A stretch of 64,000 nucleotides of DNA, taken from the NCBI GenBank assembly GCA_014905635.1, contig JABVCE010000004.1, forward strand, positions 1,426,001 to 1,490,000. Reading direction: 5' to 3'. A program made the position numbers and the translations under genes. The stretch is from Scenedesmus sp. PABB004. Its lineage: Eukaryota. Positions 47,701-60,456 of the stretch are shown here, piece by piece. Under the pieces are notes generated by a model, which was not told where the DNA came from, did no database searches, and saw nothing but the letters and a program-made list of their open reading frames with translations. Each line of letters begins with the position of its first letter. Within the stretch, counting starts at the first letter, position 1.

Positions 47701-49325
47701 GGGCTGTGGCTCGGCTTCCACTCCACGTCGATGCCTGCGCGGCGGCGGCCGCCGCGGGCGGTGGCGCGCTCGCGCCAGCCGGGGCGCCGCAGCGGGAGCA
47801 GCAGGCGGGTGCGGCGGGTGCGGCAGGTGCGGCGGCGGCAGCGCACCGAGCACGTCGCTGCCGGCCAGCAGCGCGCGCGCGGCGTCCAGCTGCTCCGGCC
47901 GCTCCACAAAGAGCACCGCGTCATCGCCGACCGGCAGCTGCAGGTACGCCTCGCGCCGCGCCGCCTCCTGCGCCGCGAGCTGCTGCGGGTCCAGCGCGAG
48001 CACGTCTGGCGGCAGGCCCAGCTGCCCCGCGAAGTCCCGCGCGAGCGCCAGCTCGCCCGCCTCTGCCATGTCACGCACGAGCTGCGTCTGTGGGTGTGGC
48101 GGCGGCGGCGGCCGCGCGCGGGCGGGCGGGTGGGTGCGCGCGCGCCGGCCGCCGGGCGCCGGCCGCCGCGGCGCCGGCTGCCGCCGCCGCACCTGCAGCG
48201 CGGCGTCGGCGCCGACGAAGCTGAGCGCGACGGGCCAGAGGCGCTTGCCGACGAGGCGCGCGAGGCTGCGCTGGCGGTAGAGCGCCTCTATGTTGGGGAA
48301 CTCCTCACGCAGCCCCAGCGCCCGCACGGCGCGCGCCGCGGGCTTCAGGCGGTCCAGCGCGATGCACGCCTCCACAAACGTCACCTGGCGTGCGCCCGCG
48401 CCGGCGGCGGCGGCGGCGGCGGCGCGGGTGAGGGGCCGGGCGGCCGCGGGCGCGCGCGGTCGGTGGAGCAGCCCAGGGCTGCTGCCGCTGCCCCTGCCCC
48501 GGCCCCTGCCCCTGCCCCTGCTCTTGCCCCCGGCGCGCGCGCGCGCGCCTGGTCGTCGCGGCCGAGCGTGGCCGCCCACTGCTGCGCGAGGAGCTCTTGG
48601 CCGTCGGCGACGAGCTGCGAGAGGGTCTCGGCCTTGTTCACCGCCTCGTCGAGGCCATCAAAGGTCATCATGATGTGCACAGCGGCCTTGTAGCTCGTCG
48701 CGCTCGCGAGCAGGCCTCCGAGCGCGGCGACGACGCCGCCCCAGTCGGCGAGCTCGGCGCGCGTGAGCCGGAAGGTCAGCGCGGTCTTGGCGGCGAGCTT
48801 AGCGTCGCAGGGGTTGAGCCAGGCCTCAAACAGCGCCGCCGCCGCGGCGCGCACGTCCGGCGGCGCCGCGGCCGCGGCCGCGGGCGGCAGCGCCTCCAGC
48901 ACCAGGTGCGGCAGGCCGGGCGAGAAGGCATCGCGCCCCGCGCGCTGCGCTTCGCCAAGGCAGCGCAGCAAGAAGCGCAGCGAGGCGTCCGCGTCCCCCC
49001 CTGACGCGGCGGCAGCGGCAGGCCACGGCCGTGGGGTCGGGCGGGCGCCGCCGGCGCAGCAGCAACCGCAAGCTGGCCGCCGAGCAGCAGCAGCAGCAGC
49101 AGCAGCAGCAGGCCACGGCCGGGGGGTCGGGCGAGCGGCGCCGCCGCAGCGACTGAAAGCCGCCGAGCAGCAGCAGCGCACCTCGCCGAACGCCGCCGCC
49201 CGCAGTTCCGTCAGGAGATCGCGGAAGTTGCGCTCCCGCAGCTCCTCGTCCAGGGCTGCCAGCAGGGCGGCGGGCTGCGCCGCGGCCAGCGCGGCGCGCC
49301 ACGCGGCGCCGCCATCACCGGCCAT
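44753..49325 (-). CDS. EXD3: EXD3/Mut-7-like 3'-5' exonuclease with internal YbaK-like domain and C-terminal Mut7-C domain
   Basis: GIDVEWKP, LQLAT, LKLGF..GDL, SDWASRPLS..QLHYAALDA; FLVDSMLGRLCRWLR, FLTRD, RCAACN, CGGCGKVFW. Confidence 0.9.
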
Positions 49326-50786
49326 GGGCGCCTGCCGCCCGCGCTGCCCGGCGGGCGCGGAGCGCCGTGCCGCTGCACCCCCAGGCAGCAGCTGCACCTC
49401 CAGCAGCTGCACGGGAAGAGGCAGCGGCAGCAGCCGACACGGCGGGCGAGCGGTGCGCTGCTGCTGCGCCTCGGCGCAGGGCAGGCACGGCGGCGGAGCG
49501 GGCGAGCTCGAGCCGCTCTGGGGGCGGCAGCTCGGCCCGGCCAGGGCGGCGGCGGCGGCGTGCGCCCCAGTGCGCGGGCTCCGGGGGCAGGGCGCAGAAC
49601 CCTGGTCGCGCTGGGCGGTGGCGGCGAGAGGTTTCACCTCACGTCACCCCAGTGCCCAAGCATTCCTTCTCGGACAGACAGACAGAGGCGCTGCCCCCCG
49701 ACAATGGCCAACCCCGCTTCCAAAAACAGGCGGCTTTTCCTGCCCGCCACGTCCGTCCGGCATGTGCAGCCGGCGCATGTGTGCAGAGGCCGCGCCGCCT
49801 GCCCCTGTACACTGTGCCCGGCAAGGGGTGGCTGGCAGGCGTGTCGCCTGTGGCTGACTACTCCTGCCTGCTCGTCTTCCCGTCCTCCGCGTCTGCAGCC
49901 CGCGCACCGCCCGCCCGCCCATCAGCGCGGGCAGCGGCCAGCGGCGCCCGCTGCGCCGCCGCAATGCGGGGCGCCTGCGCCACCGCCTGTGAAGGCGCGG
50001 CGGCCGCGGCGCGGGCCGCCCGTCACGCCACCCAGACCAAACCTCTAGGAGACTACCAAGCCAGCTGTGGTGTTCATGGTACCTCTAGCACGCTGCCCCT
50101 CGCGGCCGCGCGCCCAGCGGCGGCGGCCGCGTCGGGCGCGCATTGGCCGCGGCGCCCCGGCTGTTGCAGCCGAGCCCGCCGCCCCAACCAGCCGACGACG
50201 CTGCGCGGCGCAGCGTCCGCCCCGCCCGGCCCCGCCTGTGCAGCACCGCCACGACACCACCTCCACCACGCGTCGACGGCTCGGTGCGGCACGCACGGCG
50301 GGGCCAGGCCGGGGCGGGCGCGCCGGCGTGCGGCGCAGCCACCCGGCCATGCCTCCCAGCATGTGCGTCCGCAGTCGAGAGCAAGCAACAACACACACCA
50401 CCCACGGCCGTCAGAACCTCTACTTTGCTCGCCTATTGTACACGCCGCGCGCAGCCCGACCGCCGGCCAGCCGCCGCGCAGTCAAAGGGCCTGCCGGCGC
50501 GCTGCTGCGGTTGCCGCAGCGCAATCAAGGAATGGCGATGATCGCTTGGGCCGCAAGCCGCAAACCCCGCGCGCGGGCCGCGGCCGGCGCCGCGCGCCGC
50601 GGCACAGCCGCGATCAGGCGCGCTGCCGGCGGCGACAGCCGCGCCGCGCCGCCACGCGGGACAGGCGCCCCGCGCGGCGCGCGGGCAGGCCGGGCGCTGG
50701 CGGCCTCCAGAGCGACAGATGACCCCGGCGCGGGGCCGCGCGCGCCGCCACCACAGGGTGGCGCGCGCGCGCGCGCGTACGGGCGC

Positions 50787-52733
50787 TCACCCGCTGTCCT
50801 CCGGCACCGCCCGCCGCACGGTGCTGCGCGGCGGCGGCGCGGGCGCGCCGCGCGCGCCGGCCAGGCCCGCGGGCGACGCCGCGGCGCCGGTGCCGACGCC
50901 GCCGCTCGCGGCCGCCGCGGCGACGACCAGGCTGCTGGGCGGCGCGCCGAGCGAGCCCGAGAGCGCGACGCCCTTGGTGGGCAGCACGTTGTTGATGAGC
51001 GGCGCCGCCTGCTGCTGCTGCTGCTGCTGCTGCTGCGCCGCCGCCGCCGCCGCCGCCTGCGTGCGCGCCTGCAGCTGCGGCAGCGCGTCCAGCGTCGCGA
51101 CGTACTCGGCCAGCTGCCCGCGCGCGCGGCGCGCGGCGTCGTCAAACTGGCGGTCAAAGTCGCCGAGGTCGAAAAAGTTGACGCCGCTCTTGGGGCAGCG
51201 CACAAACGTGGTGGTCGGCTCGCCCGCCGCCTCCGCGTCGTCCGCGCCGCTGAAGGGGCTGCTGCGCTCGATGACGTGCACCAGGCACGGCGGCAGCCGC
51301 GACGCGCGGCGCCCGAGGCGCTGCTGCGCCCGCCGGCGCTCGCGCCACGCGGCGAGGCCGACGCGGTCGACCACGCCGCCGTCCTTCAGCCCGCTCAGCA
51401 CGCCTGCGTGGCGGCGGCGCCGGCGGCGGGTCGGCCGGCGGGCGCGGGGCGATGCGCACGCGCGCGCGCAGGGCGCTCAGCCGCCCCCGCCCCGTGAATG
51501 AGCCGGCCCCGGCGGCGCGCGGGCGCACCGGGGACGTCGACGTTCTGGAAGATGAAGGGAATGGCCGCCGACGCGACGACGGCCTCGGGCAGCGGGCCCT
51601 GGTCGATGAGCACGTGCGTGCCGTCCGCCGCGACGACGCCGACGGCAAAGTCCTTCTGCAGGCCGTCAAACGTCGGCGGCAGCAGCTCCCGCAGCCGCTC
51701 CACCACGCCCTCCATCGACAGCAGCCCGCCGCGCCACGGCTCGAAGCAGGGCCGCAGGAACTGGATGGGCGCGCGCTCCGACAGCGCGGCGGCGACCTGC
51801 GCGCGCGCGCGCGCGCGCGCGCGCGCGGAGCGCGGGGCGGCGCTGCACGGTCGGCGCCCGCGGCCGCGGCGGCGCCCCGCGGCCCCGCCCTGCGCCCCGG
51901 CGCCGCTGCCCTGGCGCCGGCGGAGCCCCGCCACCGCGCGCGGCCGGCCGCGCACCTCGCGCGGCGAGTAGCCCGCGGCGTACAGGCTGCCTGTCAGCGC
52001 GCCGGCGCTCGTGCCCATCACGCCGCCCACGGGGATGCCCGCCTGCGCGCGGCGGAGGGGCTTCTGAGGGCGGGCCGGGGCCGCCCGGCCGGGCCGCGCG
52101 GGCCGCGGCACGCCCCGCGCGCCCGGGTGACGTCCGGGCTGCAGCGCGGCCGCCGGCGTCGGGCGCCGCGCCGCGCGGCGCCGCCGCCGTGCGCCGCGCG
52201 CGCACCTCCTCCACGGCCGCGAGGAAGCCGCTGTGCTGCGCGAACGCCAGGAAGCCGCTCGACAGCACGACGTCGTGCGACTCTGCGGCGCGGGCGGGTC
52301 GGGCGCGTTCGCTGTCAGCGCGCCGCGCCCGCGCGGGCGCGGGGGCGGGCCGGCCAGCGTCGTTGGGCTGCCCCGGGGGCGCCGCGTCCCCTGCTGGCGT
52401 CGCCCCGCCAGCCTGGCGGGGGTGCCCCGCGCCGTTACATTCTGCCGCGCCCCCTCCGCGCGCCCCGCGGGCCCGCTGGCACGCCGGGGGCGTGCACTGG
52501 GCGCCCAGGAGCGCCGCGGCGCGGGCGCCGGCCCGAGGCGGCGCCCGGGCGCCGCACCACAACGCTCGGTCGCTGATCGACGCCGCCCCCGTCGCCGCAC
52601 CTGACGCCGCGCAGGACCGCGCCGACCGGCAGGGGCTCCGCATGCGCGCCGGTGGCGTCGCCGGCACCGCCAGGCAGGCCCGGGGCGCGCCGGCCGTGCG
52701 CGCGCGGGCAGCGCGGGCGCTGCCGAGCGCCAT
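50787..52733 (-). CDS. Patatin-like phospholipase with transit-like N-terminus
   Basis: VLSSGFLAFAQHSG, GTSAGA (GxSxG), ASAAIPFIF, DGGV. Confidence 0.88.
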
Positions 52734-53272
52734 GGCGGCGGGCAGGCTCCTGGCCGGGCTCCTGGCCTGTAAAACACACGAGGGAGGCGCGAGAGTGCCG
52801 GCCAGGTGCAGCGGGCGAGCGAGGGCAGAGCGCGGGCCAAGGGAGCGTTCGAGTCGAGCGACTGGAGGTGCAGGCGCAGGCGCGCTGTCGCTGCGGGAGA
52901 GCGCTGGATGCGGTGCAAACCTCGCGCTCCGCACGGCGAGCCCCGGGACGGCGGCGCTGGCACCTGGGCGGGCGGGGTGCAGCGGCTGGCTCGCGGCCGG
53001 ACGCGCCCCGACGACCGCGTCGTCGGCGGTGGAGGCAAAGGGAGGCGGTTGCCGAAGGCGGCGGGACCCGCTGCGCCGCCGGCCCGGGGCGGGCGGCCGT
53101 CGCGCAGCGCGCCGGCGGCGGGTGCGGCGCGGCGCCACGGCCGCTGCGCCTCGGTTGGCACCAGCAGCCTCAACAGCTCCAGCAGCAGCCGGCGAGGTGC
53201 ATTGCCGTGGCCGCGCCGTCGACCCGCCTGGCGCGCAGCACGCCGCGCGCGCCGCCCGGCTCCGCCTCCGCC

Positions 53273-56200
53273 TCACTCGCGCGCGGGCGCGCCGCCGCGC
53301 CGCACCGGCACCAGCTCGCGCCGGGGCAGCAGCAGCGCGGCGCCGCGGCCCGGCGAGTCGGCGGCGCCGGGCGCGTTGACCCAGCCGCGGCACGCCGCCG
53401 CGCCGCAGTTGCAGCGCAGCTTCTCGTCGCCCGCGAAGCGATAGTCGTACGTCAGCTCCTCCCCTGGCCCCGACGCGGCGGCGGCGGCGATGCGGCGCGC
53501 GCGCCGTCAGCGCGCGGGCGCGGGCGGCGCGGGGCGCGGCGCGGCGCGGGCGGCGCGGCGCGGCGCGCACCGGGCGCGATGTCGCGGCTGGCGGCGATGA
53601 CCACGTGGTCGGCCAGCGCCCCGCTGGCGGGGTGCCGCACCGTGATGGTGCGGCTGTGGCAGCACGGCGTGCAGCTGTGGTTGATGAGGTGCGCCACCTT
53701 TTTGTTTGCGAGGGGGGCGGGCGCGCGGGCAGGCGTCAGGAGGCGCGGCGGGCGCACGCGCGGTGCAGCTGTCACGGCGCGCGGCGGGGCGCGGCGCGGC
53801 AGGGGTCCCGATGCTGCCACGCACGCTGCCGGTGCGCGTGGCGTCCACGCAGGTGCTGCCGTTGAGCCTGAAGATGTAGGTGCCTTTGAAGGCAGGGGCG
53901 CGGCGGGGCGGGGCGGCGGCACCGCGCGCCGTCAGCGGAGCGCGAGCTGGACGGGCTGGGCGGGCGGGCGGGCCGCCGCGCACCCGCGCCGACCATCTGG
54001 TTGTACGTACGCGCCTCCAGCAGGTCGGCCACGGCCGGCCGCACCAGGGCGCCCACGTACTCGAGGACAAGGTCGCCTGGCGGCGGCAGGGGCGGGGGGC
54101 GTCGGCGCAGGCGGGCGGCGGGCGCACGAGCCCGACGCGACCGTGCGCCGCAGCCGCACCTGCTCGGTGCGGGACCTTTGCAAACACGCCGAGGCCGTGT
54201 ATGGCCGACTTGCCGCTGCACACGCGCGCGCCGGCGCTCGCGACCATCGCCTCGTACCGGCCCGCCAGGCTCATCAGCCCGCCGCCGCCGCCGAGGCCGG
54301 GTGGGACGGCCGCGCAGCTGCCACCGCCCGGCGCCTGCGCCGCCGCCTGTGCCGCCGCGCCGTCGCCGCTCGGCTGCGGCTGCGGCTGCTGCTGCTGCTG
54401 CTCCGCTGCCGCCAGGGCCGCCGCCGCCGCCGCCGCGTCGGCCTCAAACTCCGGCCCCCCCGTGCGCCCGCGCGGCGCGGGCGGCGGCAGCAGCGCGCCC
54501 GCGCGCGTGCAGCCGGTGACCACGTAGGGCACCGCCTGCACGAACAGCCGCTTGTGCAGCGCCGCCGCGAGCGCGTCGGGCGCGCGCAGGCCGCGCCGCA
54601 GCGCGTTGTCGGCGGGCCGGCTGCGCGCGCAGGTGCCCGCCGGCACGGCCTGGCCGTCCGGCGCGGCGGCGCCGTCCGGCGGCGCCGCGCCGGCGCCGCG
54701 GTGCGGCGACGTCACCTCCTGCCCGCCCGCCGGGGCGCAGCCGCCGCCGCCGCCGCCGCTGCTGCGGCCGGCCGAGGCGGCGGCGCTGGCAGCGCCGCCG
54801 CCGCTGGCGCCGCGGCGGCCGCCCGACAGCGCCGCGGCCGAGGGCGGCGCGCTGGCGGCGCCCTGGAAGATGAGGCTCTCGCGCAGCCCCGCCGCGGCGG
54901 ACGCGTGCTTGGCGCAGAAGCAGAGCAGGCGCGTGTTGTCGCCCGCGGCGGTGCCCTCCTTGCGCTCGCGCCGCGCCCGCCGCCCGCCGCCGCGCCGCGC
55001 CCCGCCGCTGCGCGCGGCCGCCGGGCGCCGCGCCGCGGCGTCGCGGTCGGCGCCGCCGCCGCCGTCGTCCGAGTCGGAGTCCTCGTCGTACACCGCGGCC
55101 ATGGGCAGCCCCGCGTCGCGCGCGCAGGTCGCGTGGAACGCGGCGTAGCACTTGCTGCTGCCCGCGCACTGGATCGCCGCGCCGTGCGCCTGGCGGCAGA
55201 GCCCGCAGCGCAGGCCGCTGCGCGCCTTGATGGCCGCGGCCGCGCCGGTGATCGGCTCCATTCTGTGGGGGCGGGGCGGGGGGCGTGGGCCGGGCGGCGG
55301 GGCTTCAGCAGCCGCGGCGGCTGCCGGGGCCCGGCCCCGGCCCTGCCAGCACGGCGCGGCGCGGCACGGCGGCGCGCCTCACTTGTCCGCGTCCGCGACG
55401 TGCATGCCGGGCACCCACGTCGCGCACAGCAGGTGGCACCAGCCGCCCTCGGCTGTGACCTTCATCGCGCCGCCCAGGCGTGGGCACAGCACGCACGGCG
55501 GCGGCGACGACACGCCCGGCAGCCTGCGGCGGCGGCGTGGCGGCTGAGCCCGCGCCGCGCGGCGCGGCACGCGGCGCCCCGACCGCGCGCGCGCGCGCGC
55601 GCGCGCGCGCGCGCGCAGACCGCCGGGGGTGCGCGCGCCTGCAGACGTCGCAGAGCCAGCTGCTGCCGTCCTGCGTCGTCGCGGGCGCCGCGCCGTAGCA
55701 GCGCGCGTGCACCATGACGCGGCAGCGGTCGCACTCGAGCAGGTAGTTCTCATCAGTCTCCAGCTCCTCCCCGCACGCGTCGCACAGCCCCACGACGCGG
55801 CGCTGCAGCGGCAGCGCCGCCACGCCCGGCGGCAGCGCGAGCAGGCGCGTCGCGATCGCGCGCTTCGCGAGCAGCAGCTCCGGCGTCTGCGCGGCGGGGC
55901 GGCGGGCCGGGTCGGCCGTGCGCGCGCGCGCAGCGGTGGCCTGGTGGCCGCGCCGGCGGCCGCGGCCGCTCACCCAGCTCCACGGCGGCCGCTCGCCCTG
56001 CCACGCCACAAAGCGCTCGCACGCGCCCGCGCTGGGCAGCGCTTGGATGAGCGCCTGCACCGCGGGGTGTTGCAGCCCGTACAGCCGCGCGCCGCACGTG
56101 CTCGCAGCGCGCACGGCGCTCGCCGCGCTGCCCGCGCCGCCCGCGCCGGCGCCGCCGCCGCCCATGACCGCCGCCCAGGCGGCGTCGGCGCTCTCTGCGC

Positions 56201-57439
56201 TCACAGGCTTGCCGCCCTCAGGCGTGACCCTGCGCCCGCGGCGGCGGCGGCGGCCAGCGGTCGGCGGCCAGCGGTCGGCGCCGGCTGAGCGTCGCGCCAC
56301 GCCGGCCCCCTCCAGGCCTGCGGCCCCCCTCCGCGCGCCGCACCTGAAGACGGGACCGCCGCTGCCGGGCCGCTCCAGCACCTCCGCCAGGTACCACGTC
56401 TCCTGCCCCCGCACCGCGAGGCGGCGCCGCACGGCGAAGCCGACGGGCCAGATGTGCCGCTCGCAGTGGAAGCCCGGGTGCAGGAACTCGACGCGCCCGA
56501 GGCGAACAAGCACGAGCCTGCGGTCCCGGTTCAACGCGAGCGGCAGCGCCGCGCCCTGCGGCGCGCCGGCGCCGGCGTCGCCGGCGCCCTGCGTCGACGC
56601 CACCAGCGCCGCCGCCCACGCGCGCAGCTCCTCCACGCTCGACCCCGCGGCGCGGTAGCCCGCCGCCGCGCGGCCGCCGCGCCGCGCGCCGCGGGCGCCG
56701 CGGGCGTCGCCGCCGTCGCCGCTGTCGCTGTCGTCCGGCATGTCGTTGTCGCCGCGCATCCAGCGCTCGTCGTTGTTGTCCGGCACCATCTCGGGGTCGG
56801 GCAGCGCGCCCGTCTGCGCGCCCCAGCGGCGGCGCCGGCGGCGCCGGCGGCGGCAGCGGCGGCGCGGCGCGTCGAGGCGCGGGGCAGCGTGCCGCGCGCC
56901 GGCCGCGCCGGCGCCGCGCGCCCCCGGCGCCGCGCGTGCGGCGCGGGGCGGGCGCGCGGCCGACCTTGCAGTACGCCGCAAACTCCCGCAGGGCGAGCAC
57001 GTAGCGGTCGGTGAGGCGCCCCGCCTTGCGCGACAGCGGCGCGAGCCACACCCCCGCCTCGAGCGCCGCGGCCGGCGGCAGCAGCGCGGCGGGGCTGACG
57101 CGCGCGCGCGTGTGATCGCCAAAGTAGCACACGCACACCTGGGGGGCGCCGCGCGGCCCGGCTGGTGGGGTGGGGCGCCGCGCCGCCCCGCCCGGGTGCC
57201 GCGCGGGCGCCGCGCCGCCCGGGCGCCGCGCCGCACCTGCACGTTGCGCGTCGCGCCGAGGGGGATGCCGAACTCGGCGGCCTCCTCGTTGGTGGTGACG
57301 ATCGCCGGCCACGGCGGCTGGGCCTTGCTCGTGACCCACACCACCTCACCCGGGGCGACGCTGAAGCGCACGACGTCGTCACCGCCAGGCGGCGGCGCCG
57401 GCTGCTGCCCCGGCGGCGCGGGCGCGCGGCGCGGCGCGC

Positions 57440-57520
<81 letters not shown>

Positions 57521-60204
57521 TCAGCGCCGCACTCGCTGCTGGCGCCCTGGTCCTGGACCACCACGTCGGTGGCGCCCGCGCCCGCGGCAAGCTGCGGCTG
57601 CTTCGCCAGCGCGAGCTTGACAGGGCTCAGCCGCGGTACGGGCCGGCCGCCGCCGCTGCCCGGCTGCTGCAGCTCCTGCAGCACGCTGCCGCCGCCGCCG
57701 CCGCTGCCGCTGGAGCTGCGCCGCGCCGCGCACGACTCGTCCACGGGGATGGAGCCGGCGCGCGGCGCGGCCTGGCCGCCCGCGGCGGCCCCGGCGTCCC
57801 CGGCGTGCGCCGCCTTGGCCCGCTTGGGGTCGGCGGCGCGCGGGCTGCCCGGCGAGCATGCCGGCCGCTTGCCACGGTCTCCAGGCTGCTGCTCCTGCGG
57901 CTGCTCCTGCTGCTGCTCCTGCTGCTGCTCCTGCGGCTGCTCCGCACGGCCGGGCATCGCCGGGCCTGCGTCGCTGGGCGGCTGCTGCTTGCGCTGCCTG
58001 CTGCCCTTGCTGCCTGGGCGTTGCGCCGCCTGGCCTGCCGCCGGCCTGACGTGTCTCGGCACCCAGACCTCCGGCACCGCCCCGCTGCGCTTCAGGTGCG
58101 CTGCGCCCAGCAGCGCCAGCGCCTTGCTCCGCAGGCGCTCCACCGTCTTCACCTCCTCCTGCGCTCGCGGTGGAGCCGTGCGTGCGCACGCGCGCGTGCG
58201 TGTGCGTGAGCTGCCGCCGCCCGTCGGCCCGGCGGCCCGCGGCGGGGGCCCGGCGCGGGCACGACGCCCCCCGCGGCGCGCACCTCTGCCTCGTCGTCGT
58301 CGCTGCCGTCGGGCGCCTGGCGCCCCGCCAGGCCTGCCTCGAGGCGCGCCGCCGCGACTGCGTACGTTGCCGCCAGCGCCTCCAGCGCGTCCGCGCCGGG
58401 CGCCGGCAGGGCCTCGCCCGGCGTGAAGCAGAGGCGCACGCGCTCCGCGCCCATCCACACGCTGCCGCTCGTGCCGTCCTCGTACGCGACCTGGCGGCAG
58501 GGGGCGCGGCGGCGGGCGGCGGTCGGCGGTCGGCGGCGCACGCCAGCGGCCGCGTGGCACGCGCGCGGCGCGCGGCGCGCAGCGCGGCGCCGCCGCGCCT
58601 GGTGCTGCCCCGTGGCGGCGTCCCATGCCTCCACGCTGCCCAGGAACCAGGCGTCGTCGAGCTCCCAAAACACCCGCACCGCGCGGCCGACCAGCGCCTC
58701 GGGGCACACGCGCAGCGCGACGTCCATCCTGGCGCGGCGCGGCGCGGAGCGGCGCGTGTGCGTGCGCGCGCGGGCGCGTGCCGCCGGGGCCGGCGGCGGC
58801 CGCGCCGCGAGGCCACGCGCACGTGCGCGCTGTGCGCTCACTCCTTGGTGATGAGCTGGTGCGACAGCTTGTTTGCCTCGTGGTCCGCGAGCGCGTCCGC
58901 CAGGTCCTGCTCGAGGCAGAGCAGGTCGCTGCCGCGCCCGCTGTGCTGCGCGTCGCGCGTCGCGTCCAGGCGGCGCTGCGCCTCGGCCGCCGTCATGCGC
59001 GCGGCCGCGGCGGCCGGCGGCCTGACCCACTCCTGCGCGCGGGGCGGCGGCGGCGGCGGCGGCGGCGTGTGGGCGGGCGCCCGTCCCGGTGCGCCGGCAG
59101 GCCGCGGCCGCCCGCGGCCGCCCGCGGCGCACCACGTGCGTGTGGCCGAGGCCGGGCACGTTGGCAGGGTGGACCGCGCCGCCCCCCAGCAGCAGCTGCG
59201 CGGCGGTCTCGCCGTCCGGCAGCGCGCCGGCCGCGGCGCCCGCGCCCGGCCGCTCCTCCTCCCCCTCGCCCGCCGCGGGCCCAGCCGCCGCCGGCGCCGC
59301 GGGCTCGGCCGCCGCCTCAGCCGCCTGGGTGTCTGCGAGGTCCAGCAGCTCCTGCGCCTGCGCGCGCTTGGTCTCGGCTGCGCGGCGGGCGCAGCGCAGC
59401 AGTGCGGCGGGTGAGCGTGGGCGTGCCGCCAGAGCAGGCGCGCGCGCGCCCGCCGCCGCCGCCGCCGCCAACGCTGACGCGGCGCCCCTCGCGCCTGCTT
59501 TGAGGTGCAGCCGGCGCGCCGACGGGCCCTTGGCGGCGCCCGCGGCGGCGTCCTGCTCCGCCGCGAGCTGCAGCAGCTGCTCCGCGAGCTGCGTGAGCTG
59601 CGCCGCGCTCGGCAGCGGCAGCGCCTCGCCGGCGGCCAGCTGAACCTTCACCGCCACGTCCAGGCCCACCACCAGCTCCTCCTCGTCGCCATCATCATAC
59701 TCAATCTGCGCCGCGCGGCGCGCCGACGGCGGCGGTCGCGGTCGCGGCAGCTGACGACGCGGTGCGGCGCACGCCGCGCGCGGCGGCGCTGCCCGTCGTG
59801 CGCAGCGCTCGCCTTGTGCTTCAGCGTCACCGCGTCGAAGCCCCGCACGGTGCCCGCGAACCAGCCCGCGGGGTCGTCCCACTTGACCGATACGCGCCGG
59901 CCAAGCAGGAAGCGCGGCTCGACCGGGTGCGTCGCTTGCACGCTGCGGCCGTGCGCAGCGCCGCCGGCGGCCGTCGCTGACCGGAGGCGCGGCCAGGCAT
60001 GCGACCGGCGCGCGCTGGCGCCGCGGCGCGGCAGAGCGCCCAAGCTGGCGCGCGAGCAGCAGCAGCGCACCTGCCGCCCTTGCCGCCGCCGCGCTTCGCC
60101 GCCGGCCCGCCGTCGCGCTCCGCCTTGCGCTTGAGCAGCGGCACGCCGACGACCCCGCCCTCCCCCAGCGGCGGCAGGGCCGCGCCCGCGCCGGCGCGGG
60201 CCAT
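53273..60204 (-). CDS. Trithorax/ATX-like H3K4 methyltransferase (Tudor-like x2, PWWP, FYRN/FYRC, PHD, ePHD, SET, post-SET)
   Basis: PPWPA, IWPVGF, CDAC..HARCYG..WLCDVC, WCHLLCA, KSAIHGLGVF, INHSC, ELTYDY, CNCG..CRG. Confidence 0.92.
57441..57518. repeat. (GCGCGG)13 hexamer repeat inside the ATX-like gene
   Basis: Perfect tandem run. Confidence 0.9.
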
Positions 60205-60456
60205 CGCTGCTGCTGCGCAGCGGCGCCGCCGCCCAGCACTGGCCTTCCCACGCTGACGATCGGTGCTGGCGGCGCGGCTCTGCGAGCGTGGGGGCGTGGG
60301 CTGCACCGGGTCGCGCGAGCGCAGGCGGCGGCGCTGCCGGGCGGTTCGAATCAGAACCGCGGACAGCTCGAACGGCGGGCGCGCCTGTTCAGAGGTCCCG
60401 ACGCCCCGGCCGCGCAGCACCACGCACAGCGCGCCGCCGCCGCCGCCTCAGGGGCC

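Noticed and set aside
49600..50520. Lower-GC intergenic stretch with recurring ACCTCTA
   Set aside because: No supportable ORF or RNA structure; probably UTR or promoter
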